Shown piece after piece: positions 1 through 15,957 of a stretch of 64,000 nucleotides of DNA. Position numbers and translations under genes: made by a program. Below the pieces are notes generated by a model. That model searched no databases and was not told the DNA's origin. It worked only from the letters and a program-made list of their open reading frames with translations. Within the stretch, counting starts at the first letter, position 1. Every line of letters starts with the position of its first letter. Origin of the DNA: an uncultured delta proteobacterium (GTDB lineage: Bacteria; Myxococcota_A; Polyangia; Polyangiales; B10-G4); contig CAVSGI010000006.1 of NCBI GenBank assembly GCA_963727445.1, positions 416,001 through 480,000 of the forward strand. The letters are read 5' to 3'.

Positions 1-2385
1 AGGAGCGACGATTCGTCCTGGGCGGGCGCCGCTTCGGGGAAGCGCGGATCCGCGAGGGCGTGCGCGACGAAGCGGCGGATGGCGCGGGCTTCGATGCTGG
101 GGACCGCGGGCGCCTGGGCGAGGGCTTCGCGCGCGGACTCGAGATGGCGCCGAGCGAGCTCCGGCTCCGCGTCGATGCGTTGCACGGCCTCGAGCGCGTC
201 GAGTCGCGCGCCAGCGAGGGTCGCGAGCGCCGAGACGACGGGCCCCTCGGTGCTTGCGGCGAGCGTGCGCACTTGCGTGAGCCGCGAGCGCGCCGCGTCG
301 CGCTCGCCGCGCCGCGCCGCGACCTCCACCAGGGCGCAGCCGGTGATGATCTCGCAGCGCGCATCGCCCGCCTGATGGAGGAGGTCGCGCGCGGTCTTCA
401 GATCCTCGCGCGCGCCCTCGAGATCCTCCTCGTCGAGGCGCACCAGGCCGCGCGCGGAGAGGATCGCGCCTTCTTCGTGGCGGTTGCCCACCTCGCGGGC
501 GAGCGCAAGCGCCTCGTCCAGCCGAGCGATCGCGGTCCGGTGCTCACCGCGCTCGAAGGCGGTGAGACCCAGGGTCTTGTGGACGATGGCCTGGCCGTGC
601 GGAATCGGACGCGCGACGGTGCGCGTCCGCCGCGTCGGCGAGCCCCGACTCCGCACCCGGTCAATCGCCGCGCTCGTAGGCGATCTCGGCGGCGAGGCCC
701 ATCACCATCGCTTGGAGCCGGAGGTCCGCGGCCCGGTTCGCGTGGAGGGTGGCGTCGTCACAGACGCGCTCGGCTTCCGCGAGGTCCGCCGCCCAGAGGG
801 CCACGTCGGCCAGCGTGTGGAACGCTCGCGCGAGGCCCGCGTCGTCCTTGCGGCGCCGGTGCAGCGCGAGCGCTTCTTCGAGGCTGCTCTTCGCCTCGGT
901 GAGGCGGCCGCGAAGCATCGCGTGCCGGGCCTTCGCCTCCGCGAGGAGCGCGGCGAGCTCGGGATCGTCGGCGTCGGCGGCAGCGTTCCTCGCCGCCGTG
1001 AAGTCGGTGAGCACTTCGCGCGAGCGCGCGACGCTCTGAAGCGCGTCCCATCGCGCCCGCCGCGCGCGAGCGATGAGCGTGGGATCGGCGCCGCCAGGGG
1101 CACCGACGCGGAGCGCGGAGTCGAGGGCGGTCAGCAGCGCGCTCATGGGCCCGCGTACCCAGAGCACGGCCTCCATGGCCAACGCGGCGCGGAGCGCGGT
1201 GGTGCCGCTCGCCTCGGTGGGGGGCGAGACCGCGAGCGCCCGGTCGAGGACGGCGCGGAGGTTGTCCATCTCGAGGCCGAGTCGCGCGCGGGCATGGACG
1301 CCGTCGAGGCTCCCGCCGCGGATCCACTCCTCGGCGGCGAGGAGGTAGTAGTCGGCGTGGCGCGCCTCGGCGCCGCTGCGGAGCGACTGCGCGTCGAGGG
1401 CGCGCTTGGCGTAGTCCCGCACCGCGTTGAGAAGGTGGAAGCGAAGCTCGCCAGGCATGTCGGAGACGGGCCCTGCGTGCAGCAGCGATCGATCGCGGAG
1501 CGAGGTCAGGACGTCGAGCACCGACGGCGCGCCGACGTGCATCGACAGGTCGATCACGGTGAGCGCGGCCTCCGGCGCGAAGCCCGATGAGAAGACCGCG
1601 CACTGCGCGAGGGCGGAGCGCTCGGCGTCGTCGAGCGTCTCCCAGGAAGCCGTCAACGCGCGCTCGAGTGCCCGGTCCGGGCCGTCGGACAGGACGCCCG
1701 CGCCGTGGGCGCTCGCGTCATCGAGCTGGGCGAGGATCTGCGCCGGTCCCAGGATGCGCATGCGACTCGCGGCCAGCTCGATGGCGAGGGGAAGGCCGTC
1801 GAGCCGGGTCACCAGCTGCTCGACCACGTCGCGCGTGGCGGGATCGGACAGGGAGAAGCCGGGCTGCACGGTCCCCGCCCGCACGGCGAAGAGCCGTGCG
1901 GCGTCCGACGGACCCGCGGTGGAGACGAGCGACAGAGGCGGCAGGTCGTAGGGTCGCTCGAGGTCGAGCCCCAGACGTTGTCGCCCGACCCAGAGCACCT
2001 TCAACGAAGGCGCGGCGCGCAGCCAGGTGGCGACAGCGGGCGCGATCGACTCGACGCGCTCCCCGTGGTCGAGGACCAGGAGCGTGATGCCGCGCTCGGC
2101 GAGGATGGCGCCCAGTTGATCGACCGCTTCGTCGACTGACTCGTCGAGACTGAGGCGTGCGCCCAGCGCGGCGGCGACCCCGCTCATCGCGGTATCCGCG
2201 TCCACGACCGAGGAGAGATCGCAGATGATCGCGTCCCGGCTGCTCTCGGCGATGAAGCGCGCGAGGTGGCTCTTTCCGGCCCCGGGCGGACCGAGGAGCG
2301 CCACCAGGCGCGCATCGGGCCCGAGCATCGCGAGGAGCTCGTGGGCGGCGTCGCGCCGACCGAGAGGCGGGGCGACCTCGCTCAC
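1..2385 (-). CDS. STAND/NB-ARC-like ATPase with C-terminal TPR-like repeats (frameshifted near 620-660; runs off the window start)
   Basis: Walker A GPPGAGKS, Walker B LLVLDH, LDGLPLAIELAA motif. Another minus frame continues with TPR-like helices (AIARLDEALALAREVGNRHEEG) to position 1. Likely GTG start at 2385 overlaps the kinase stop. Confidence 0.8.
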
Positions 2386-4031
2386 TCCCTCGGTCCCCGC
2401 GACAGAGCCAGGGGGATCCGCACACGCACAGCCTCCCCCCGAGCCGGAAAGTGGATCGAACGGCCGACCTCCTCGACGCATCGACCGAAGTCACTGTCTC
2501 TGAGCGACTCGGGGACGACCGCTGCCTCGCTGACGTTTCCGTCAGCATCGATGTCGAGGTGCAGAGCGAGGTCGGCCGCGCGCGTCAGGTCGATGGGGTG
2601 CTCGGACAGACAACGGTGGATGTCCTGCCCTCGCTGTCGAATGGCTTCGGTGACCGCGGACGCGCCGTCGCCGGGGCGAGGCTCGCGCTCCTCTTCGCTC
2701 ACGGCCTCGACGTCACCACCGCGTACGACGACCACCGGAGGCGCAGACGGCCGCGTGAAATAGAGGGTGGCGGCCACCGCCAGGCCTGCCACCGCCACCA
2801 GACCGAGCCCGTAGACCAGCGGGCTCCGCGACTTCTTTTCGGGCGGCCGCCGCGCTCGGATGTCGGGCGTGGTCTCGACGGTCACGATGTCGTGCTTCGG
2901 CAGCGGAGAGATCGCGTACTTCTTGGGTGAGGGCGTGACCCCCACCGGATTTCCGTCGGCGTCGAGCTCCACCCGCGCCTTGGTCGTGGTGAGCGGCTCC
3001 TTGTCCTCCTCGTCTCCGGTGAAGGTCTCGTTCCACGCGGTCTCCAGCTCTTCGAGGGAGGGGACGCGGAGCATCTTCACCATCGCTGGATCGCGGAAGT
3101 CCTGTTGCGCCTTCTCCGCGAGGAGCCGCGAGGCTTCGTGATCGTCGAAGCCGCGGAGCGAGCGCAGCGCCTTGGCCATGGCGCGCGCGTTGGCGAAGCG
3201 ATCCTCGGGGTGCTTCGCGGTGGCCTGGGCGATGACGTGGTCGATGTCGGGAGGGACGTCCTCGCGCAGCACCGAGGGAGGCGTCGGATCGTGCTTCATC
3301 ACGCGTCGGATCGTGCTCGCGACGTCGCCGGTGCGGAACTCGTTCCGGCCCACGAGGAGCTCGTGGAGCATCACGCCCACCGAGTAGACGTCGCTGGAGG
3401 TGGAGGGCGGCGCCGAATCGAAGAGCTCGGGAGCCAGATAGGAGAACTTGCCCTTCACGCGCTTGTCGGAGGTGCTCTCCTCGGTGAGCTCTCCGCTCGC
3501 GAGGGCGATGCCGAAGTCGGCGAGCTTGACCTGTCCTTCGATGTCGATGAGGACGTTCGACGGAGTCACGTCGCGGTGGATCACGCCGTAGGGCGTGCCT
3601 CCGTCTTTCGCGTCGTGAGCGTAGGCGAGGGCGTCGAGGACCGGGATCAGCACGGAGACCGCAAGCCCGAAGGGGAAGGGCCCCCGGGCCGCCTGGATGA
3701 AGCGCAGCCAGCGGGAGAGGTCGTACCCATGGATGTACTCGAGGACCATGACGTGGGCGCCGTCTTCTTCGGCGAGGTCGATGATCCCGACGATGCCCGG
3801 ATGTCTCAGGCGAGACATGATCTTCGCCTCGCGGACGAACATCTTCGTCAGGCGCTCGTTGTCGCTGTAGGTGGGGACGATGCGCTTGACCACCACGGGC
3901 CGCCGGAAGCCGGCGGCGCCCTCGCTCCGCGCCAGGTAGACCACGCCCATGCCGCCGCGCCCGAGGGGGCGGATGATGCGGTAGCGGCCCAGCACCATCT
4001 TGCCGATCGACGTGTCGCTCTCGTCGTTCAC
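2382..4031 (-). CDS. Membrane-anchored Ser/Thr protein kinase with C-terminal TonB-C/AgmX-PglI-like extracytoplasmic domain
   Basis: GRGGMGVV, VVVK, HRDVTPSN, DFG, APE motifs; TM helix (LVYGLGLVAVAGLAVAATLYF); C-terminal IHRC...LDIDADGNV...FGRC...FPA pattern. Confidence 0.9.
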   Translation of the reverse strand: MNDESDTSIGKMVLGRYRIIRPLGRGGMGVVYLARSEGAAGFRRPVVVKRIVPTYSDNERLTKMFVREAKIMSRLRHPGIVGIIDLAEEDGAHVMVLEYIHGYDLSRWLRFIQAARGPFPFGLAVSVLIPVLDALAYAHDAKDGGTPYGVIHRDVTPSNVLIDIEGQVKLADFGIALASGELTEESTSDKRVKGKFSYLAPELFDSAPPSTSSDVYSVGVMLHELLVGRNEFRTGDVASTIRRVMKHDPTPPSVLREDVPPDIDHVIAQATAKHPEDRFANARAMAKALRSLRGFDDHEASRLLAEKAQQDFRDPAMVKMLRVPSLEELETAWNETFTGDEEDKEPLTTTKARVELDADGNPVGVTPSPKKYAISPLPKHDIVTVETTPDIRARRPPEKKSRSPLVYGLGLVAVAGLAVAATLYFTRPSAPPVVVVRGGDVEAVSEEEREPRPGDGASAVTEAIRQRGQDIHRCLSEHPIDLTRAADLALHLDIDADGNVSEAAVVPESLRDSDFGRCVEEVGRSIHFPARGEAVRVRIPLALSRGPRE

Positions 4032-5917
4032 CGTTCGGCCCCCGCGGGATGGCGGAGGTAGTAGTGGATGCCGCGGCTGGGGTGGGTCGCGCGGATGGCG
4101 AGGGAGCGGCCGTCGGCGGGTACCGTCACCTCCGCCGAGAAGCGCCCCTGCCCGTCGACGGCGAGCTCGGTGCCGCCGATGGAGGCGGTGAAGCCTTCGA
4201 GGAGCTGCCCGCTGACGGTGGCGCTGGCGCCCGCCGCGAGGCTGCCGTCCGCGGGCTCGCGCACGAAGACGGTGGGGGCCGCGTTGTCGAAAGCGATCAC
4301 GATGGTGCTGGCGGCAGAGGTCTGCCCGCCGCCGACGAAGCGAAACTGGTGCGAGCCTTCGCGGAGCTCACCCGACTCGAAGGTGTGACGCGCCGTCGGG
4401 GTGTTGATCACGCGGCGGCGGGACTCGCGTGGCCCGCCCGTGGACTCGAGCTCGAGGCGAAATCCCGAGGCGTCAGGCGCATCCCGCCACCGCACCTCCA
4501 CTTCGGGCAGCAGGTTCTGGTAGAGCACGCGATAGGTTCGGCCGTCGGCGTCGACCCGGGTGCGCGGCGCGGAGCGGAGCAGGGGGGCGTGTCCGTTGTC
4601 GCGTCGCGTCCGCAGGACGCCGCGAACCGCCGCGCCGTCGCCACATCGGGCTTCGTAGCGCGTCACGCCCCGCACCGGAATGATCGCGCCACCTTCGCCT
4701 TCGAAGCGCCGAACGCCCACCGTCGCCGTCACCGTCTCTTCACAGCCCGCGATGGTGAGCCGGACGGTCGTCGGGGGACGCGCGTCGTGGATCGTCGCCG
4801 ACTCGCCCGCAGCGACCTGGAGATCCGCGGAGGTGGGGGCGCGGTCCAGCGCCGTCACCTCGCCCTCGGTGGAGACACGGACCGAGTCGCCGGCCCGGAG
4901 ATCGTGCGCACCGCTCGCAGTCTCGACCGTCAGCTGGCCGCCTTCGACCGAGAGCTCGGTTCCCTGGCGGCTCACCTCGACCGACGCCGCCGCTCTCATC
5001 CCGGACGCCGTGCGGAGGATGCCTCCGGGAACCCCCACGCGCACCGGGGTGCCGTTGCTCATGATCTCCGCGGCCCCGATGTCGATCGACAAGAGGCCCT
5101 CACGCGGGATTCGAACCCTTGCCCGCCCGCGCGCCGTCACCGAGCCTTCAGCACCCGACGCGGTGACGCGCGCGCCCCCCGGAATGTCGAGGGCCGCGCC
5201 GCGGGGGAGGGTGGTCTCGCCCGAACCCAGGGCTTCCGCCTCCTCGCCTTCTCCCCGAGTCACCGTCACCCGGCGGCCGAGGACGGTGATCGCGACGGTC
5301 TCGGTGGGCGCTGCTTCGACTTCCGCTCTGTTCTCGGCGACCGTTGCGGCTTCGACATCGGGGGGCTCTTCTTCCGCGCGCTGGACCACCGCCTCCCCGT
5401 CCGGACCGATCACCACGGTGTCGAGGACGCCCAGATCGATCGACTCCTCGCCAACGCGTTCGATCGTGGCTCGTCCGATGGCGACCCGCACCTGTGTCTC
5501 ACCGTCCTGGCGGACGACGTGGGCTTGCCCGTTTCGCTCGAGCACCAGCTCGCCGAACTCGGTGAGCAGTTGAATCGGACCCTCGTCGCTGTCGATGACC
5601 AGCTCTCCCCCTTCGAGCTCGAGGAGCGTGCTGTACGCCTCCGCCCGTCCCGGGTGAAACACCAGCATGGTGTGCGCGCCGAGACGAAGGTCGCCCGCCC
5701 CGATGAGATGGACGCGCGCGCTCGAGGCGGCCTCGGTGCGCACCGCGTCTTCGACGCGCAGCTCCTGTCCGGGCGCGGCGGCTCGCCAGTCGCTGCCGCC
5801 GATGCGCCCCTCCACCGTGCCCTCGGCGCCGCGCAGCACGGCGACCGGGCTCGCACACCCATCGCAGCCACCAAAGGCGAGCAAGAGGAGGGCGATGGGG
5901 ACGAGCGCGCGCATCAC
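4028..5917 (-). CDS. Secreted/lipoprotein with FecR-like domains and C-terminal Ig-like beta domain
   Basis: Signal peptide with GCDGC; FecR-like segments (DAVRTEAASSARV, LELEGGEL, LSVEGGQLTV); 4-bp overlaps with both neighbours. Confidence 0.65.
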   Translation of the reverse strand: MMRALVPIALLLLAFGGCDGCASPVAVLRGAEGTVEGRIGGSDWRAAAPGQELRVEDAVRTEAASSARVHLIGAGDLRLGAHTMLVFHPGRAEAYSTLLELEGGELVIDSDEGPIQLLTEFGELVLERNGQAHVVRQDGETQVRVAIGRATIERVGEESIDLGVLDTVVIGPDGEAVVQRAEEEPPDVEAATVAENRAEVEAAPTETVAITVLGRRVTVTRGEGEEAEALGSGETTLPRGAALDIPGGARVTASGAEGSVTARGRARVRIPREGLLSIDIGAAEIMSNGTPVRVGVPGGILRTASGMRAAASVEVSRQGTELSVEGGQLTVETASGAHDLRAGDSVRVSTEGEVTALDRAPTSADLQVAAGESATIHDARPPTTVRLTIAGCEETVTATVGVRRFEGEGGAIIPVRGVTRYEARCGDGAAVRGVLRTRRDNGHAPLLRSAPRTRVDADGRTYRVLYQNLLPEVEVRWRDAPDASGFRLELESTGGPRESRRRVINTPTARHTFESGELREGSHQFRFVGGGQTSAASTIVIAFDNAAPTVFVREPADGSLAAGASATVSGQLLEGFTASIGGTELAVDGQGRFSAEVTVPADGRSLAIRATHPSRGIHYYLRHPAGAER

Positions 5918-7214
5918 TGGCGACGATAAAGCTCCACGTTCAGCACCGTCACCCCCCCTTCGTCCACACGGATCCGCCGGGTCTGGGAGCGATGGCCTCG
6001 CGCCTCGATGGTGACCTCGTAGCTCCCCGCGGGAACCTCGAGCTCGAACTCCCCCTCCTCGTCGGTCGCGATGGTCTCGCCGCCCGGCTCGATGGTGATG
6101 GTGGCGGCGAGAGGCTGTCCGTCGAAGCCGCGGATCAGTCCCCGAAGCTGCGTGAGCGGAACCTCAGGCTCGGTCTCGGTGACCGTCTCGGTTTCGGTGA
6201 CCGTCTCCGTCTCCGTCTGGGTCTCCGTCTCCGTCTGGGTCTCCGTCTCCGTCTGGGTCTCCGTCTCCGTCTGGGTCTCCGTCTCCGTTCCGTCTCCGTC
6301 TCGGTCTCCATCTCGGTCTCTGCCGCCGGCTCCAACGCCAGCGTCGCCCCCAGCAGAATCGACAGCCTCGGCGGCGTGGGCGTGAACGCTCCCATGTCCC
6401 GGATGTCGTACGAGCTCAGGTTCACGTCGACGGTGCCGAAGAGCCACATCGGCAGGGTCTCGGAGGGGCGGACGCGGATCCCCGGGGCGAGATGTAGCGG
6501 CGACGCGCCCGCATTGGGAGCGCCGCTGCCCACGAGCACGTTCCACCGCGCCTCGGCGTAGACCTCGACGGCGTCGGAGGGTGCCCAGGATGCGGCGAGG
6601 CCGAGGACGACGGCGCTGAAGTCGCTCACGTCGAGGCTCACGCGCTCGAGGGTGCTCGCGGCCTGGGGCGCCGACTGCCCCGTCTGGTCGAATCGATAGC
6701 CGGCGTTCAGCGCGATGGCGAAGCGCCCGTCGCGCGGCGCCCACGCGGCGAGCGCTTCGGCTTGGAAGGACGTCCCCGAGAAGTCCAAGCCGAGCCCTTG
6801 CTCGCCCGGCGGAACGAAGAGCTCGAGCTCCGTCCCGAGACGAAAGTCGCCGAAGGTGGAGCCCAGGCGCATCCGAAGGTGGGGATCGAGGACGAAGGTG
6901 TCGATGTTCCCGGCGCTGGCGCTGCTGCTGTGGTTGTAGCGGCCGTCGAGCGAGAGCCCGATCGCCAGTGGACCGATCGGCCGGGCGGCGACCGCCAGCC
7001 CGATCGGCATTCGGTAGTGCGAGTCGGAGTCGTTCAACACCGACTCCGTCACGGCGAAGCCCGTGGTGAGGGCGCCCGTCACCCGCGGCGCCTGGTCGTC
7101 GATGATGCCTACACGGTTGAAACCCGGCAGCCCCGTGCGGCTCGGCGCGCGGGATTGCGCGCTGGCGCTGCCGCTCATCATGAAGAGCGCTCCGATGACC
7201 AGGGCCCACCGCAT
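5914..7214 (-). CDS. Putative outer-membrane beta-barrel protein with (ET)n linker and C-terminal carboxypeptidase-regulatory-like domain (frameshift near 6289)
   Basis: ORF 6135..7214 has a signal peptide and amphipathic beta strands. It joins the C-terminus of ORF 5914..7209 (LRGLIRGFDGQPLAATITI...TDEEGEFELEVPAGSYEVTIEARG) across a 1-nt slip in the repeat. Confidence 0.65.
6168..6320. repeat. Coding tandem repeat (6/18-bp units, CTCCGTCTCCGTCTGGGT) encoding an ETETQT linker
   Basis: Four exact 18-bp copies plus degenerate 6-bp units visible directly. Confidence 0.9.
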
Positions 7215-7303
7215 GGAGGAGAGGATACCCCCAAGCGTGGATTCATTGGGGGTTCAGGGACCAGTAGGTGAGCCCCGCTACCTTCGGCCGGAGCGCGCGA
7301 TCC

Positions 7304-7579
7304 TCAGGTCGATTTGGCGAAGCGCTTGGCGCTTCGTTCCCGCGCCTTGTTGCGCTCCTCTTCGCGGTTCTTTGGCGGCGCGGCGGTCTCGAGGCCGTCC
7401 ACCAGCTTGCGCGTGATCGTGGCGATCTCGTCGATCGCCTGGTCGAAGAGGGCTTCGTTGGCCTTCGAGGGCTTGCGCGTTCCGCTCACCTTTCGAACGT
7501 ACTGCAGGGCGGCCGCGCGCACCTCGTCATCGGTGGCGGGGGGATCGAAGTTGAAGAGCACTCGGATGTTGCGGCACAT
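7304..7579 (-). CDS. DUF2277 family protein
   Basis: Characteristic N-terminus MCRNIRVLFNFDPPATDDEVRAAALQYVRKVSG. Confidence 0.85.
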   Translation of the reverse strand: MCRNIRVLFNFDPPATDDEVRAAALQYVRKVSGTRKPSKANEALFDQAIDEIATITRKLVDGLETAAPPKNREEERNKARERSAKRFAKST

Positions 7580-7617
7580 GCCGACAACCTTACCCCCTCA
7601 TCCGCGTGCGCGCCGCG

Positions 7618-8217
7618 TCAGCTCTTCGCGAGGAGCCCGGCTTCGAAGAAGCGCATGATCTCCTCGACCAGCGCGTCGGCGTCCGCCGGCAGCCCACCGG
7701 TGACCGCGCGGAGAAGGATCTCCTTCAGGCCTCCGATCCCCAGGGCCACCATCACGGGCTTGTCCCCGGCGCGCACCAGGCCGATGCGTTGCCCTTCGTC
7801 GAGGCTCTCCTCGAGGAAGGTCGACATCGCGAGGTAGAAGGTGCCGAGCTTTTCGTCGAGCTCCGGGTCGAGGCCCGCGGCGTCGTGGAGCAGGAGCTTC
7901 ATCATCTCCGGCTCGGCCAGGGCGAGGCCGACGAGGCGGCGGAGGTTTCGCTTGAGCTGGACGAGGGGCGGCTCCTCCGACTCCAGATCGATGGAGCGGA
8001 TTTGCGCCGTGAGGCGAACGAAGAACTCGTCCACCAGGGCGGCGAAGACCCCGCGCCGGTCATCGAAGTAGAGGTAGAAGGTGCCGCGCGCTACGCCGGC
8101 CTTGGCCGCGATGTCGTCGACCGTAGCAGCGTGATACCCCTTCTCCGCGAAGACCTGCCGGGCGCAGTCGAGGAGCTCGATACGCCTCTCTTCTCGGCTC
8201 TTTCGCGTCCCGGCCAC
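7618..8217 (-). CDS. TetR/AcrR family transcriptional regulator
   Basis: HTH: ARQVFAEKGYHAATVDDIAAKAGVARGTFYLYFDDR; start taken as GTG at 8217. Confidence 0.9.
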   Translation of the reverse strand: MAGTRKSREERRIELLDCARQVFAEKGYHAATVDDIAAKAGVARGTFYLYFDDRRGVFAALVDEFFVRLTAQIRSIDLESEEPPLVQLKRNLRRLVGLALAEPEMMKLLLHDAAGLDPELDEKLGTFYLAMSTFLEESLDEGQRIGLVRAGDKPVMVALGIGGLKEILLRAVTGGLPADADALVEEIMRFFEAGLLAKS

Positions 8218-8327
8218 GGCCGACCCTAGCACCGAACGTCGGGTCCGTACCCACACCTGTGGACGCGTTTTCGGGGAACGTGAGCGCCGGGCCCTTTTCT
8301 TCGTTGAAACCGCGGCTAGAACCCGCT

Positions 8328-8345
8328 ACTGACGCTGACGTCAGT
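8328..8345. promoter_or_regulatory. Candidate TetR operator (ACTGAC-N6-GTCAGT inverted repeat)
   Basis: Inverted repeat in the divergent gap between tetR and the activase gene, about 25 bp before the activase ATG. Confidence 0.45.
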
Positions 8346-8369
8346 GTCTTCTGACTGAGGGGTTTGGGC

Positions 8370-12029
<3,660 letters not shown>

Positions 12030-12039
12030 GGGGATTCGA

Positions 12040-13992
<1,953 letters not shown>

Positions 13993-14061
13993 AGGTGACG
14001 TAGGCTCACGTCGCACCGTGTGCCGTTGACGCCTACATCGCCGGGCCGTCACGATAGATGG

Positions 14062-14784
14062 ATGGCGCGTGTGGGGATCGTGTTGATCGTCATGGTGGTC
14101 ACCGGCTGCGGCCGGCTCGGCTACAGCGGCGATCTCACATCCACCGATCTCGCCGTGACCGCATCCGATTCCGAGATTCGGGTCGACGCGCCCGGGATGT
14201 ACTCGCTCGTCTTCGACGAAGCGCATTCGTGGCAGGCGAGCTCATGGGTGGATCTCACGACGGGCGACGGGCAGGAGCTCGTGGGTGCAGACCGGGGCGG
14301 CGTGCTCCAGGCGCCCTTCGCCGTGCAGTACGGCGGCGCGACGTACGAGGTCGACTCCACCGATTACACCCAACGCGCGATCTACGAGCTCGACGCCGAC
14401 CACGTCGTCTTCAAGGTCTGGTACGGGTGGTACACGCCGGACGATTCCGAGATCGAGGTGTGGGCCACCCACGAGGTTCACCAGGACGGAACGTGGACGG
14501 TGAGCGCGACCGTCGAGAACAAGAACGACAGCGGTAAGCAGTTCGGTGTGGTCCTGGCGCAGACGAGCTTGGCCGCCGCCGCGGAGTGGCAGGAGACGAC
14601 GTCGGGGAGCACGGTCATGCTCGACGCAGCTTCGGGAGCGCACTTCGAGCTCATCCCGGCGGCGGGACAGTCGGCGACGCTGAACAGCGACGGGATGGGA
14701 GCCTTCTACTTCGACGCGGGGATCGTCGACCTCGGCGCCAACGCCACCGCCGACTTCACCTGGACGAATCGCATCCTCCCCTGA
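14062..14784 (+). CDS. Hypothetical lipoprotein
   Basis: Lipobox VVTGC after a hydrophobic stretch; high-GC3 codon usage. Confidence 0.65.
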   Translation: MARVGIVLIVMVVTGCGRLGYSGDLTSTDLAVTASDSEIRVDAPGMYSLVFDEAHSWQASSWVDLTTGDGQELVGADRGGVLQAPFAVQYGGATYEVDSTDYTQRAIYELDADHVVFKVWYGWYTPDDSEIEVWATHEVHQDGTWTVSATVENKNDSGKQFGVVLAQTSLAAAAEWQETTSGSTVMLDAASGAHFELIPAAGQSATLNSDGMGAFYFDAGIVDLGANATADFTWTNRILP

Positions 14785-14787
14785 CGA

Positions 14788-15831
14788 TCAGGGAGCGGGC
14801 GCGATCGTCGCCTCGCAGGTGTACCCGACGCTCGGATCCCAGCTCCCCGTGAGGAGCGTGACCGCGCCCGAGGGTGGACAGGTGAAGGTCGTGCGCGGGC
14901 AGAAGCTCATCCCGCACCCGTCGTCTCCGTTGGCGAGCGAGGCGCGCCCACCGCACGCTTCGGTGCCCTCGCACACCCGCAGCACCGGATCGTCGGCGCA
15001 GGCCGCCGCTCCGCCCAAGCCGCACATCTCTCCGCAACCCGCCTCGTAGGAATCGCCCGGCGTGCACGCGAGGCCCATCGCGCGCACGTCGAAGCCGCAG
15101 TTGCGGAACGGTCCCGTCTCGGTGCCGGTGCACGCGAGGGTGGGGTCCGGGTCGGGCGCGTCGGGGGGCACCATGACCGACACCTCCGCCGAGTCGTTGT
15201 CGTAGTCGAGCTCTTCGAGCGCGCGCGACGCGTTGACGCGGATGGAGAGCGTGTAGTCGCCCGCCGCGACGTCGGTCACGTCGATCCACTGGCAGTCGAG
15301 GTTGGCCCCGTAGTCGTCCGCCCAGCCACGCTGGATCCCCTGATTCGTGCAGCTGTAGAGCTCGATGCGCTCGACGGTGGGATCGGTCGTGTCGATGCGC
15401 TCCGAATCGCGCAGGCAGAAGGCCTGCTTGTGTCCGCTCCCGGCTTCGGTGCCGTCGTCGGCGAGGAGGCGATAGTCCGCGTAGCCATCGAAGTGGTAGT
15501 GGTCGTGGCACTCCGAGTAGACGAAGTCGGGGTTGTCGGCGGGGTTGCCGAGGACGAGGTCCGCCGTGCCCGTGTTCGCCGTCACCGTCGCGAACCGAAG
15601 GACGCGTCGCCACCCCGCCTCCATGATGCAGCCGTCCGACAGCGCGCAGCTGTCGGGCGCGAAGTAGGTCCACTCCACGCGCGCCGATTCGGCCGCGCGA
15701 TCGGGAAGGACGATGAGGTCCGGCAGCGCCGCCGCATCGCCCCCCGCATCCACTGGCGCCCCGTCGTCCCCGCATCCACCGATCGCGGCGCAGAGGGCGA
15801 GCGCGACAAGGACGACGTCGCGTCTCACCAT
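14788..15831 (-). CDS. Lysyl oxidase family lipoprotein
   Basis: LRFATVTANTG, Cu site CHDHYHF, GHKQAFCLRDS (LTQ Lys), QGIQRGWADDY (LTQ Tyr), CQWIDVTDV...GDYTLSIRVN; lipobox IGGC. Confidence 0.88.
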   Translation of the reverse strand: MVRRDVVLVALALCAAIGGCGDDGAPVDAGGDAAALPDLIVLPDRAAESARVEWTYFAPDSCALSDGCIMEAGWRRVLRFATVTANTGTADLVLGNPADNPDFVYSECHDHYHFDGYADYRLLADDGTEAGSGHKQAFCLRDSERIDTTDPTVERIELYSCTNQGIQRGWADDYGANLDCQWIDVTDVAAGDYTLSIRVNASRALEELDYDNDSAEVSVMVPPDAPDPDPTLACTGTETGPFRNCGFDVRAMGLACTPGDSYEAGCGEMCGLGGAAACADDPVLRVCEGTEACGGRASLANGDDGCGMSFCPRTTFTCPPSGAVTLLTGSWDPSVGYTCEATIAPAP

Positions 15832-15858
15832 CGGGCGCACCCCGCGAGGATACCAGCC

Positions 15859-15894
15859 CCAGAGTGAGCCTGTGTGGGCGGCGACCTACATCGC
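15859..15894. repeat. 36-bp intergenic element, copy 1
   Basis: 34/36 identical to 20517..20552. Confidence 0.85.
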
Positions 15895-15957
15895 GAGGCT
15901 CGCAAAGCATTCGCGTGTCTTCTGTGTCCGGGGCAGGTACGATCGAACACGCTTTCC

